The position numbers and the translations under genes are program-made. Shown here piece after piece: positions 10,632 through 20,074 of a DNA stretch of 64,000 bases. This DNA comes from an uncultured Gammaproteobacteria bacterium (GTDB taxonomy: Bacteria; Pseudomonadota; Gammaproteobacteria; CAWCPV01), in NCBI GenBank assembly GCA_963797555.1, contig CAWCPV010000004.1:32001-96000 (forward strand), given 5' to 3'. Below the pieces are notes generated by a model that did not search any database, was not told the origin of the DNA, and saw only the letters and a list, made by a program, of their open reading frames with translations. Each line of letters begins with the position of its first letter. Positions within the stretch are counted from its first letter, which is position 1.

Positions 10632-11014
10632 GGTTCTGGTTCAAGACAGACGCCCTTCCAATCCAGATGCGTCCAGCGCGTAGCGCATGCCCGCGCGGGC
10701 AGGTCTCGGTTCCAGCAGAATCGAGGCCTGGCTTTTTATCAAAATGTTCGACAACGCGTTGGAGCAGGCACCGCCGCGAATCCAACGCCTCCGGGTACGT
10801 TCCGCGTTACCAGGAGCAGCGTCGTGATCGCCTGGATGACCGCCGTGGCGAGCACAGGCATGATCCTCCCGGGAACTCTGACGCATTGGCGTAACAACTA
10901 TCCCCGCTCATACGTCCGCAACGCAATGTCGCGAGGGTACTTGCGCGCATCACCCCATAAGTGGGGTGATGGCTCAAGCGTCGCGCAGGGGAGTCCTTTT
11001 ATCAAAATCTCTTA

Positions 11015-11386
11015 TCAAAATCTCCGAAAACGCACAAGTTCGTCGCGCAGCCATTGGCTACTCGTCACCGGTGCGCCACCATTACACCTCACCTCATACG
11101 GTTTACCGCTAAGACTGCTTTGCGTGGCAGCTCTTTCAATAAAGTCCTCGCCGGTATTGATCAGATTGTTTGCCACCAGGTATTTATACTTGTCCCGTAA
11201 ATGCGTTTGCGCAGCTTTCCCGTCGTACCAGGTTCCGTTGCGATAAAACTCACATCCAGACCCCTCGATATAGCCAAGCAGAAAATTGACTTCTATTTGC
11301 ACATTTGTCGGGGGCTCCGCACGCGCAACTGGCACCACCAAGAGTCCCAGCATCAGTACCCAGTACCTTGTCAATCGTACGTTCAT
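11015..11386 (-). CDS. DUF5329-family exported protein
   Basis: EVNFLLGYIEGSGCEFYRNGTWY...HLRDKY...EDFIERAATQSSLSGKPYEVRC. Confidence 0.8.
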   Translation of the reverse strand: MNVRLTRYWVLMLGLLVVPVARAEPPTNVQIEVNFLLGYIEGSGCEFYRNGTWYDGKAAQTHLRDKYKYLVANNLINTGEDFIERAATQSSLSGKPYEVRCNGGAPVTSSQWLRDELVRFRRF

Positions 11387-12977
11387 AGTTCCTTATCCAG
11401 TTGCAGTACCGAGAACATATGGACCTTGACTCTTTGCCAGTTACTCCGCGCCGGTTCCGTGTCGTACTCAACGGCTTTTCCGTGTTCCTGAGTGAGCCAC
11501 ACCAAGCTTGGCGAACCCCCTGCGTCGTTCCGACGCAATGCCAGCTTGTAGGAATTGACCGGCTGCACCATGGCGTCGAAACGCGCAGCAATCTGTTGAG
11601 CAAGCGCGGGACTGTCAATGATCAAGCCAATCTCGGTGTTAAGGTGCATCGATCGTTGATCGAAGTTCATCGAGCCTATATACAGCCTCTGGCGGTCGAA
11701 TACAAACAGTTTCGCGTGCAGGGAATAATTTCCATAGCGCGATATTGCCTTCGTTTCACCGCTACCTCTGGCGGTACCCAGAAGCGAGCGGATCTCATAC
11801 AGCTCCACGCCCATCTCAAGCAGGGGCACCCGATAATGCATATAGCCGGACTGCGCCAGCAACGAGGCCGATGATGCGAGCGAGCTGGTCAGGACGCGGA
11901 TACGTACGTTGCGTTGGCGCAGGGTTTTGAACAACTGCATTCCCTCGTTCCCCGGTATCAGGTAGGGCGTGACCATCAGCAACTCGGACTTTACCGCGGC
12001 AGCGGCATTGGCCACCGCCCGATGCATCAGCCTGCCCACCATCGCGCCGTTTTCCACTTTCTTCTTGTCGGGGCTGTCGCAGATCAGCTGCGCGTGCGCC
12101 CAGATCAGAGGCAAGCGGCTGGAGAGTATCCCGTTAAATGGCTCGCCGGTCGCAACCCGCTTCACATAGTCAAACCCGTCCGCCTTCAACTGCGGGCTCT
12201 GTTCGTTCGATACCTCGCGATGCTCGGTTAAGGCGGCATGTGACGACTGTTTCCGTGAAAGCGCCCCAGCGGGGATCGACAGGCCGCTGTTCCAGTACTC
12301 GTCGAAGGTCGCCGAGAGCTGTTGGGCGATAGGACCGGCGGCAAATACGTCGTCGTCGGCGAATTGGGACTCAGGGTCGAGCTGAAAGTATTGATCACCT
12401 ATATTGCGCCCGCCTATTAGGGCTATCGCGTTGTCCACGACGAGCAATTTATTGTGCATTCTGTAGTCGAGCCGGGAGGCGTTAAACATGTATTCGATGC
12501 CTCGAAACAGCTTAGTATGACCGCGATACGCGAAGGGGTTGAAGATTCGAATCTCGACTGAAGGATGCGCCTCGAGCGCTGAAATCTGCTCGTCGCCGGC
12601 CACCGTGTCGCCATCGTCGATCAGCACACGCACACGCACTCCGCGATCTGCCGCATGCAGCACAGCGTCGGTAAGCAGCCGGCCGGTTTCATCCCCGCGA
12701 AAAATGAAATATTGAAGGTCGAGGGTTCGTTCTGCGGCATTGATCATTTGCATTCGGATCAGGAAACCGTCGGCACCTACCGGAATGATGCGAAAGCCGG
12801 AGTTGCCGTTATGTTCGTGCGCCGCATTTGCAAACCGTCGGCCGAGCCCAGTCTCGTCAGGATGAGCGAGCGCCGAGGACGCCGTTCTTGGAAAGTCGGA
12901 GCCGGGGGAAGCGATGCACATCCACTAAGGACCGCGACGACCAGTACGACAAGCGAAAAGCGGAACCGGCCGACCAT
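11383..12977 (-). CDS. Phospholipase D / ClsC-like lipoprotein (1-bp frameshift near 12905)
   Basis: Two HKD motifs (HNKLLVVD, HAKLFVFD). The lipobox LSGCASLPP lies in the adjacent frame. Confidence 0.88.
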
Positions 12978-13204
12978 CACCGTTCTCCAGCGAGGTTGCC
13001 CCATAATATGGAAAGAGGGCTCACTCGCCTGCGGCATCCATCGTCCGTTGGCGACACCTGAACCGCACGCCTAGGGCCGTGCCCCTCGATGCTTGAGCGG
13101 AGCCAAGAGGGTCCTGCCCGCAACCTTCGTTGCGTTGTTGAGACGGAGACGCTGGTTTCGCTGTCCGTTGAGTGGCCGCCGGAAGGCAAAATACGGGCAA
13201 CGCG

Positions 13205-13363
13205 CTATATCTTGCCCATCAGCCACAGAACGATCAGGATCACCAAGACCAGCCCAAGACCACCACTGGGACCGTAACCCCATCCCCGGCTGTAGGGCCA
13301 GCTTGGAATCGCGCCGATCAGCAGCAGAACCAGAATGACCAGCAGAATTGTTCCTAATGTCAT
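13205..13363 (-). CDS. DUF3309-family small membrane protein (52 aa, not in the ORF track)
   Basis: Hand translation: MTLGTILLVILVLLLIGAIPSWPYSRGWGYGPSGGLGLVLVILIVLWLMGKI. Confidence 0.88.
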   Translation of the reverse strand: MTLGTILLVILVLLLIGAIPSWPYSRGWGYGPSGGLGLVLVILIVLWLMGKI

Positions 13364-13558
13364 TTCATCTATCCTAACGGTGGGTCATGGCGGCGCAGCG
13401 TCCGATAAACCTCTCGCAGCGCGCCAATGGTGCTTTCCTCGGGGCGCCGACACCAGTCTTCCAACTGTGAGTAGAGCCCATTGTTTTCCCGAAGCCAATT
13501 CCAGAAGTTCGGCGTCCCCCGCATGGAGAGGTGAGGCTTTTTGAATAAGCTCTCACTT

Positions 13559-13789
13559 CTAGTTGCGGGGTGAAGGCACCGGCGCAGTGGCCGGGTCCTT
13601 GCCCTTCTCGGACTGCCCAAAGTTATGCATCTTCTCCTTGGCCTTGTTCTCGTCCTGCTTCATCTTGTCCTTGTCTACCGTGAACGTGACGTTGGATTTG
13701 TCCGACGAGACGTGGAACCACTTCAGGTAAAAGCCCACGCCAACCGCGGCGACCACGACGAGAATCAGCACCATCAGCAAGCGGCTCAT
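13559..13789 (-). CDS. Small membrane-anchored hypothetical protein
   Basis: AGGAGA RBS; one TM segment (LLMVLILVVVAAVGVGFY) and a Lys-rich tail. Confidence 0.65.
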   Translation of the reverse strand: MSRLLMVLILVVVAAVGVGFYLKWFHVSSDKSNVTFTVDKDKMKQDENKAKEKMHNFGQSEKGKDPATAPVPSPRN

Positions 13790-13974
13790 CGATCTCTCCT
13801 TGAAAGGTGGGGGAATGGTTTGAACGCGAATGTTATCCATGATCGCCTGGGCGAGCGCGCGCATCATTGATGTCCATGAACGGCGAACTATTGGGCAAGG
13901 TCAATGCGTCTGTGTGCCTGAATGTGTCTGCCCGGAATGGGCGCTTTAGCCAGTTCGCTACTACAAGCGGTCGG

Positions 13975-14280
13975 CTACCAACGTCTCCACCACCTTCCTC
14001 CCCAACGCCCTCGCCATCCGCCTCCGCCGCGAACGAGCCAGATAATAAATAGGAGTACCAGCGCGCCGATGGTGGCGTTGATGATCGCTGCGATAATGCC
14101 CGAGCCAAGGTGGATGCCGAGTTGGGGCAGCAGCCAACTACCGATGAAGGCGCCTACGATTCCAATGAGGAGATCGCCGACGATCCCAAACCCGGTACCT
14201 TGCACGATCTGGCCGGCCAGCCATCCGGCGATGAGGCCGACCACCAGTATGATGAGGAGACTTTCACCTGAAATGTACAT
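13975..14280 (-). CDS. GlsB/YeaQ/YmgE stress-response membrane protein
   Basis: LVVGLIAGWLA...GIVGDLLIGIVGAFIGSWL...ATIGALVLL. Confidence 0.9.
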   Translation of the reverse strand: MYISGESLLIILVVGLIAGWLAGQIVQGTGFGIVGDLLIGIVGAFIGSWLLPQLGIHLGSGIIAAIINATIGALVLLFIIWLVRGGGGWRGRWGGRWWRRW

Positions 14281-14454
14281 CTCTACGTATCCTCCAGACT
14301 CATCAGATAGCTGGATAAATCCCACCAGGCTCAGAAAAACTCAAGTCCCATCGACAAATACGGCCCTGGCCGCAAGTGAACATTCGCCTGTCAGGGAGGA
14401 GGGGAACGACCCTCCTGCGCCAGTGAAGCTATGCCCATGCCAAGGTGAAGATAA

Positions 14455-14650
14455 GGATTGGAAATTGAACGGCCCTAGCATGGGAGGAGTGTAGCGGGGA
14501 GGCGCAGAGCGGTCAAGGCGCCGCGGGAGCAGGGAAGGTCGCAAGTGCGGGTTGGGCTGCACGAGGTCGGCCGAGTCGGCCCAAGGGGGGTGGGTTTGGG
14601 GCCGCGCTTGGGGGTCTCCCGGCGAACTGCGCGAACGCCGCCGAGCAAGG
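14455..14650 (-). mobile_element. ISCR/IS91-type oriIS end remnant (non-coding)
   Basis: GGATTGGAAATTGAA followed by motifs shared with 3947-4135 (GAGGAGTGTAG, GCGGTCAAGGCG, CCCGGCGA...GCGAACG). Confidence 0.65.
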
Positions 14651-14740
14651 GGGTGCGCCCCGTTCTTGCGGCGTCTATGCGGCGGCCGGGAAGGGTCCGG
14701 GTATTGCCATGCAGTTTGTGAATCCAGTATCGTCGCGCAC

Positions 14741-14825
14741 ATGTACCTGCGTGAGACCCGCCAGAAGCGCACCGACGGGTCGGTGATCATCCATCTGCAG
14801 CTCGCGGAGAGCGTCTGGAACCCCC
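14741..14825 (+). pseudogene. IS1634-like transposase N-terminal fragment
   Basis: MYLRETRQKRTDGSVIIHLQLAESVWNP. Confidence 0.55.
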
Positions 14826-14888
14826 CGGCCGGCGCCAACATTTCGGGTGCGGCGGCTAACCCTTCGCGCGGTCCCGCCCTGCGGCCCC

Positions 14889-15710
14889 TCAGCCGGTTGC
14901 CCCCTCGTTCACCTCGTCGGTCCAAATCTTGAAGCTCTGCAGGGTATTGGGACCGAAGGTACTGCTGATGGCGACATCGGCGGCGTCGCGGCCGCGGGCG
15001 ATCAACACACGTCCGATGCGCGGCGTATTGTTGCGGGCGTCGAAGGTGTACCAATGGCCGTCAAGATAGGCTTCGAACCAAGCGGCGAAATCCATCGGCC
15101 CATAAGGCGGCGGCATGCCGATGTCGCCGAGGTAACCAGTGCAGTAACGTGCCGGGATATTCATGCAGCGGCAGAATGCGACGGCGAGGTGCGCGTAGTC
15201 GCGGCAAACGCCGGTCCTCTCGTGGAAGACTTCCCAGGCCGTCTTGGTGGGGCGCGCGTGTTCATAGCCAAACGTGATATGCCGATGGACATAGTCGCAG
15301 ATCGCCTGGACACGCCCCCATCCGGTCGGCGAATTGTCGAACAGTCGCCAGGCTGTCTCCGACAGGCGATCGGTCTCGCAATAGCGGCTACCCAGCAGGA
15401 ACAGCAGGGTCTCGTCCGGTAGTTCTTCCACCGGCGTCTGTCTCGCGTATGGAACAACCGCATCCGGCAGGCCCGTATCCCTCACGAGCGCATCGGTTGA
15501 CAGCCTGACCTGTCCCCGGGGGGCGACGATACGGCTGCACCAGTTGCCAAAGCTGTCGCGATAGGCAGTGAGCGGAACGGGCGGGTCGGCGATCAGGTGG
15601 TCGGGAATGATGATGTCGGAGACGCGCGTGTAATGCACGCTCAAGGTCAGGATCATCGGGGTCGGCTGCGGGCAGTCGTAAATCAGTTCGTAGCCTATAC
15701 GGATCTTCAT
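14889..15710 (-). CDS. Transglutaminase-family protein
   Basis: GVCRDYAHL catalytic Cys motif, IPARYCTGYL, DFAAWFEAYL and GRDAADV. Confidence 0.92.
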   Translation of the reverse strand: MKIRIGYELIYDCPQPTPMILTLSVHYTRVSDIIIPDHLIADPPVPLTAYRDSFGNWCSRIVAPRGQVRLSTDALVRDTGLPDAVVPYARQTPVEELPDETLLFLLGSRYCETDRLSETAWRLFDNSPTGWGRVQAICDYVHRHITFGYEHARPTKTAWEVFHERTGVCRDYAHLAVAFCRCMNIPARYCTGYLGDIGMPPPYGPMDFAAWFEAYLDGHWYTFDARNNTPRIGRVLIARGRDAADVAISSTFGPNTLQSFKIWTDEVNEGATG

Positions 15711-15784
15711 GGAGGGACTCCTGCTGACCGCCAGCGTGGCCCGGGGCAAACTCTGGCAGTTTGGGTTGCTTGTGGTGGGGGCAG

Positions 15785-16561
15785 CTACGTGGAAATCCCC
15801 GCACAGCGGCTCGCAAGCGCCCTGCCCAGAGATTCGACGATTACCTTGCGCAGGGCAGTCCAATGGCGACCTGCCCTGATAACGTGCTTCTGGTTGACCT
15901 CCAGCTCAATACCCACGTAGGCGTCGGCGGGAAAAGACCGACGAAACCAGGCGGTCAGGCCATCGTCTTTGCCCGCATACGGGTAGTTGCGCCGGACCGC
16001 GAGATCGGGCGCACAAATCCTGAGGGCTGCCTTCCAGCGCTCGCACAGATTCGCCTCACCCGGTCGAGCCGGGTCATAGAGCAGGCCGATATCGGCCTCT
16101 CGTACCTTTCCGTCCAGCTCGGGCGTAAAGCTGTGGGACGAGAGATGGATCACCAAGCCATGCTCCGCGATCGCCTGCCTGACCAAACGCTCCGCTTGCG
16201 CGCGGTACGGCTGGTAATAGTGCTTCAATATCCGCTGACGCACCTCGGCATGCGCTTTGCGGGTCGCCTCGGAATGGAGGTGCGGATGGCCGACGGATCG
16301 ATTCAGGTCCACGAGCAGACGGCTTACGGTCGAGGCCACCAGCGGCGCTGCCAATGCCGTTGCCAACGCTCTTGCCATGATCAGAGCGCCGGGGTCAAAG
16401 CCGCGGTGGGAGTCCAGCAGCGCCTGATGGGCGTGAAACAGGCCGCGATACGGCTCGGGAATCCGGTTGCCACCGTGCTCGCAGGTGATGACCAAGCCAT
16501 CGCTTGCCAGACTACCACAGTCCGCTGCGCGTCCATCCATCGCCGTGGTCTCCGCCGACAT
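15785..16561 (-). CDS. N-formylglutamate amidohydrolase family protein
   Basis: ITCEHGGN, SHRGFDPGA, SRLLVDLNR, HSFTP, NYPY and ELEVNQ motifs. Confidence 0.9.
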   Translation of the reverse strand: MSAETTAMDGRAADCGSLASDGLVITCEHGGNRIPEPYRGLFHAHQALLDSHRGFDPGALIMARALATALAAPLVASTVSRLLVDLNRSVGHPHLHSEATRKAHAEVRQRILKHYYQPYRAQAERLVRQAIAEHGLVIHLSSHSFTPELDGKVREADIGLLYDPARPGEANLCERWKAALRICAPDLAVRRNYPYAGKDDGLTAWFRRSFPADAYVGIELEVNQKHVIRAGRHWTALRKVIVESLGRALASRCAGIST

Positions 16562-16579
16562 GCTCAGTGGCCAGTGGCC

Positions 16580-17305
16580 TTACCAGTCCAGCGCGGGCAG
16601 TCGGCTAAACACCTGCCGCGTGCCCTCGGTCCATTGCTTGCCGAGCGCGCTGAAGTACGCATCCCCCTCGTCGAAGCGACGACGCATCCGCACTTCAAGG
16701 CTGTCACGTTCATAGCAGATCAGATCGATCGGCATGCCAACGGACAAATTGCTGCGCATCGTTGAATCGAACGAGACGAGGACACATTTTGCGGCATCGT
16801 TCAGCGGGGTCGAGCGAGTAATTACCCTATCGATGATCGGCTTCCCGTATTTGGTTTCCCCGGTCTGGAGATAGGGCGTCTCCACGCTTGCCTCGATGAA
16901 GTTGCCCTCCGCATAGATCCGGAAAAGGCGTGGCGCGTCGCCCGCGATCTGGCCGCCAAGTATGAACGAGGCGTTGAAGCGGACATCGCTTGCTGCCAAG
17001 TGTTGGCCGTCGCGCCGATCGACGTCCCGCATCGCGTCCGACGCCAGCATCGCGGCATCGAACATCGAACGCCGCGCTCCAGAGATTGGGCCCGCGTCCC
17101 TGGCGTTCCGCTGCTTCAGCACGCTGATGACGGCCTGTGTCCCGGCCAGGTTGCCCGAACTCAATAGAACGATGACCCGGTCACCAGCGCGTTCAAACAC
17201 GGTCATCTTGCAGAAACTCGCAAAATTGTCGACCCCGGCATGGGTGCGCGAGTCCGACGCAAATACCAGTCCGGCGTCGAGCATGATGCCTATACAGTAG
17301 GTCAT
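16580..17305 (-). CDS. Proteasome-type protease (Anbu)
   Basis: N-terminal Thr nucleophile MTYC..., SDSRTHAGVD, GETKYGKPIIDR and STMRSNLSVGMPID. Confidence 0.92.
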   Translation of the reverse strand: MTYCIGIMLDAGLVFASDSRTHAGVDNFASFCKMTVFERAGDRVIVLLSSGNLAGTQAVISVLKQRNARDAGPISGARRSMFDAAMLASDAMRDVDRRDGQHLAASDVRFNASFILGGQIAGDAPRLFRIYAEGNFIEASVETPYLQTGETKYGKPIIDRVITRSTPLNDAAKCVLVSFDSTMRSNLSVGMPIDLICYERDSLEVRMRRRFDEGDAYFSALGKQWTEGTRQVFSRLPALDW

Positions 17306-17719
17306 GGCTGCATCTCCCCATGCATCGTTTTCAAGCCAAGTATCCTGTGCCACTTGAAGAGGGTTGTGTGCCGGTGGGTGCTGGCGTCGCAATCGTTGAG
17401 GACGAGCAGTTCCAGCTCACTTCTGGATGCTCATTTCATTCGCCGGCATACTGCGCCCGTTCCACGTCGCGCGCGATTTCGATTGCGCGGTTGGCTTGGG
17501 TTCGATTGTCGATCGTCACGCCGTATGGTCCCCGACACCCCGGACTTCTTCTACACGTTGTCGCACGGAGTGCGAACAGTGCGTCGCTCTCCATGGCGGT
17601 CACCTGTGCACATTTAGTTCGCAAGCACTGACACTCGCGACCGAGTGTTCCTGCTTGACTGATTGATCGTCAACCAGGGGCATTGCCTTGTCGTGACATT
17701 CGACGCCATCGACCGTCAT

Positions 17720-18015
17720 GCTCATCAGCCGCTCTCCGGCCGCCGTCGCGCGCCTCCCAGCCAGATCGACTTCCGGTCCCGGTAGAGCGGAATGGAGAAC
17801 TGTCTCGTCATCGCCACGTTCTCCGGCGCCACGTGCAGCTCGATCTCCAGCCGGTCCGGATGATGATCGCTCGCCTCGTCCACCACCACGTGTCGGCTGG
17901 TCACCAGGAACAACCGGCCATCCCGCTCGGAGAGGAAGCCGGTCGCGTTGGTCAGGTGTTGCTGCTCGAACATCGTCGTGACGCGGGTCACGGCGAACAG
18001 CAGCGACTCGATCAT
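17720..18015 (-). pseudogene. Truncated trypsin-like serine protease
   Basis: LTNATGF...LFLVTSRHV; C-terminal half missing. Confidence 0.6.
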
Positions 18016-18486
18016 GATGCGAGCCTGCGCCAGACGCTCGCGAGCCACGGCTGCCGTTCGCGCGGCAGGCCGGGAGGGCCGTAATAGTGGGTAAGCTCGA
18101 CGAAACCCGCGGCCGACAGGTAGCGGCGCCAATTCTCGAGATCGTGGTAGGCGCCGTAGCGCCCGGGGTTCCAGCCTTCCTCGTTAGGGCCGTGCGGATT
18201 CGAGCTGAACAGCACGCCGCCCGCTTCCGCGTGGCGTGCAATTCCAGCAATCGCGCGGCAACTCGTGGCTGGGTACGTGAAACAGTGCGGCGTTGGCGAA
18301 CACGCCGTCGAACCGGCTCTGCGACCGTTCGAGCTTGAGGAAGTCCTTCTGCCACACTTCGCAGCCGCTGTCGGGGCACGCCATCTCGTCGAAGAGGCCG
18401 GCCGCGTCCAGAGGCCCTACCGGGATGTGACCGAGGCCGGCGAACACCTAAGACGCGACTTGGCCCGCAGCCGAAATCGAGTGAAA
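18012..18486 (-). pseudogene. Frameshifted class I SAM methyltransferase
   Basis: LDFGCGP, FDGVFANAALFHVP and LFSSNP.G.NEEGW motifs across several frames. Cut at the oriIS-like end at 18487. Confidence 0.7.
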
Positions 18487-18830
18487 GGATGGGAACTTCA
18501 ACCATATCTAGCGTAGGGAAAGGGTAGTCCTGGGACGGGAGACCAGTCAACACCAGGTCAAGGTTCGGGGGAAGCTCGGTGCGGTGGAACAGGTGCGCAG
18601 GGCGGTTCTGTGGACGAGGCCAGCCGAACCCGCCCAACGGGGCGCCTGCGGGTTGCGGTGGGGTTTCCCGGCGAGCTGCGCGAACGCTGCCGTGCCCGTT
18701 ACCGACAGGCTTGGTTGGGGGGGCTCACCAGAGCCTGATCTGGTCGCATTCGAAGCCGAGATCCAGCTCGCCCTGGGACGGGTCATAGGCCGGGCTGTGG
18801 TGGACAGACCCCTCCCACGCGGGCCGACCG
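18487..18830 (-). mobile_element. Third ISCR/IS91-type oriIS end remnant
   Basis: GGATGGGAACTTCAA, GGGGTTTCCCGGCGAGCTGCGCGAACG, and a degenerate FEFDQ-coding stretch (CTGGTCGCATTCGAAG). Confidence 0.65.
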
Positions 18831-18860
18831 CCGGGGTTATCCCCGCTGGGTGTCCGGCCT

Positions 18861-18980
18861 TGTTAAGGGTTATCAGACGCCTACCGCCGACCACCCTAAG
18901 CACCCGCTCCAAAGGCAATCTTCCAACCCAGCGTCCTCGATCGCCTCCACTCGGCGGTAGGCATCTGATAACCCTTAACA
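18861..18980. mobile_element. MITE-like 120-bp element
   Basis: 30-bp terminal inverted repeats, 29/30 identical (TGTTAAGGGTTATCAGAYGCCTACCGCCGA), with TG...CA ends. Confidence 0.7.
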
Positions 18981-19119
18981 TTTGCGGCCGTTCAGGACTT
19001 CCCGGCCGAACGGCTGTTCAACTCTGGAAGCGGTCATACGGAGGCAGACAGTGGTCGTCGGGTGCCGCCTGCGCCTCATGCGCCCCGCGAAGGTCGTCAA
19101 TGCGGCCTGGTACCCCGCG

Positions 19120-19933
19120 TCAGGGAGGCGGCTTGGGCCACGTGTTTCCGGACATCGATCCCGTGCTGGGCGGGCTCACCGCCGAGCGGATCTCCAGCGA
19201 AGCAGACTGGGCTGCGACCCCCTGCGTCAATAGGTCAATGACCGCCGGTACCGGATATTGCCGGCCGTCCGCGTCGAGGACGACGAGCACCATGGGCTTA
19301 AGCCGATGGTTCGGGTGCACCGAGATGACCAGCCCAATGTGGCCCGTGTTCATCTGGACGCAACTCCCCACCGGGTAGATGCCGATGGCCTGGATGAACC
19401 GCAGCACCAGTTCCTCGTCGAAATGGCTTGCGCGTTGCTGGTACATGTAGCCCAGATCGGTCTCCCGCAGATGGTTGATGAGCAGCAGGGCATCGGGGTT
19501 GCGCAGCACGCTCTGAGTCATCTCCTCCACGACCTCGCGGGCTCCCGCGAAATTCACGCTTCTGCCGACCCGCACATCGTCCAAGAGCCCGGTGATGAAC
19601 TGCGTCGCGTGCCGGTGGAGATTCTGTGGCGGGCCCGACCTCGTTCTCGAACGTGGCGGGATAGGCGGCCGACGGAGGGTGGGAGAGCGCCGTGCGGCGT
19701 ACCGCAGCCGAAGTCTCCTCGACGTGACGCGCCGGGTCCACCGCCTCGGGCAGATCGTCGCCGTACTCAGGGTCGATGTACACGTAGCTGCAGCAACGCG
19801 CGACTTCCTCGACCTGACCCCACGAGCCCAGTCGGAAACCTTGCAGCAGGAACGGAGTGCCGAGCCGGGGGCGGTCCAGGCGCGATACGAAGACTCCCGG
19901 GCGCAGGTACCTCACGTGAACGATCTTTTCCAT
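19120..19933 (-). pseudogene. DUF3391/HD-GYP phosphodiesterase lacking its catalytic core
   Basis: N-terminus V..LRPGVFVSRLDRP..GTPFLLQGF and C-terminus HFDEELVLRFIQAIGIYPVGS are present. No HD or GYP motifs; frameshifted. Confidence 0.75.
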
Positions 19934-20074
19934 GCTCCCATCCCCCCTCCGAGACGCGCCGCTCTGAAGTGCGCGGCACTGCCCCTGCCAAGCCCGGTGG
20001 ACCGGTCGTGCGCGTGTGAGCGGCCTCTTCACTCCGTACCTCGCCCCGCGATCTGAAGGGTGCGGGGCGGGTTT

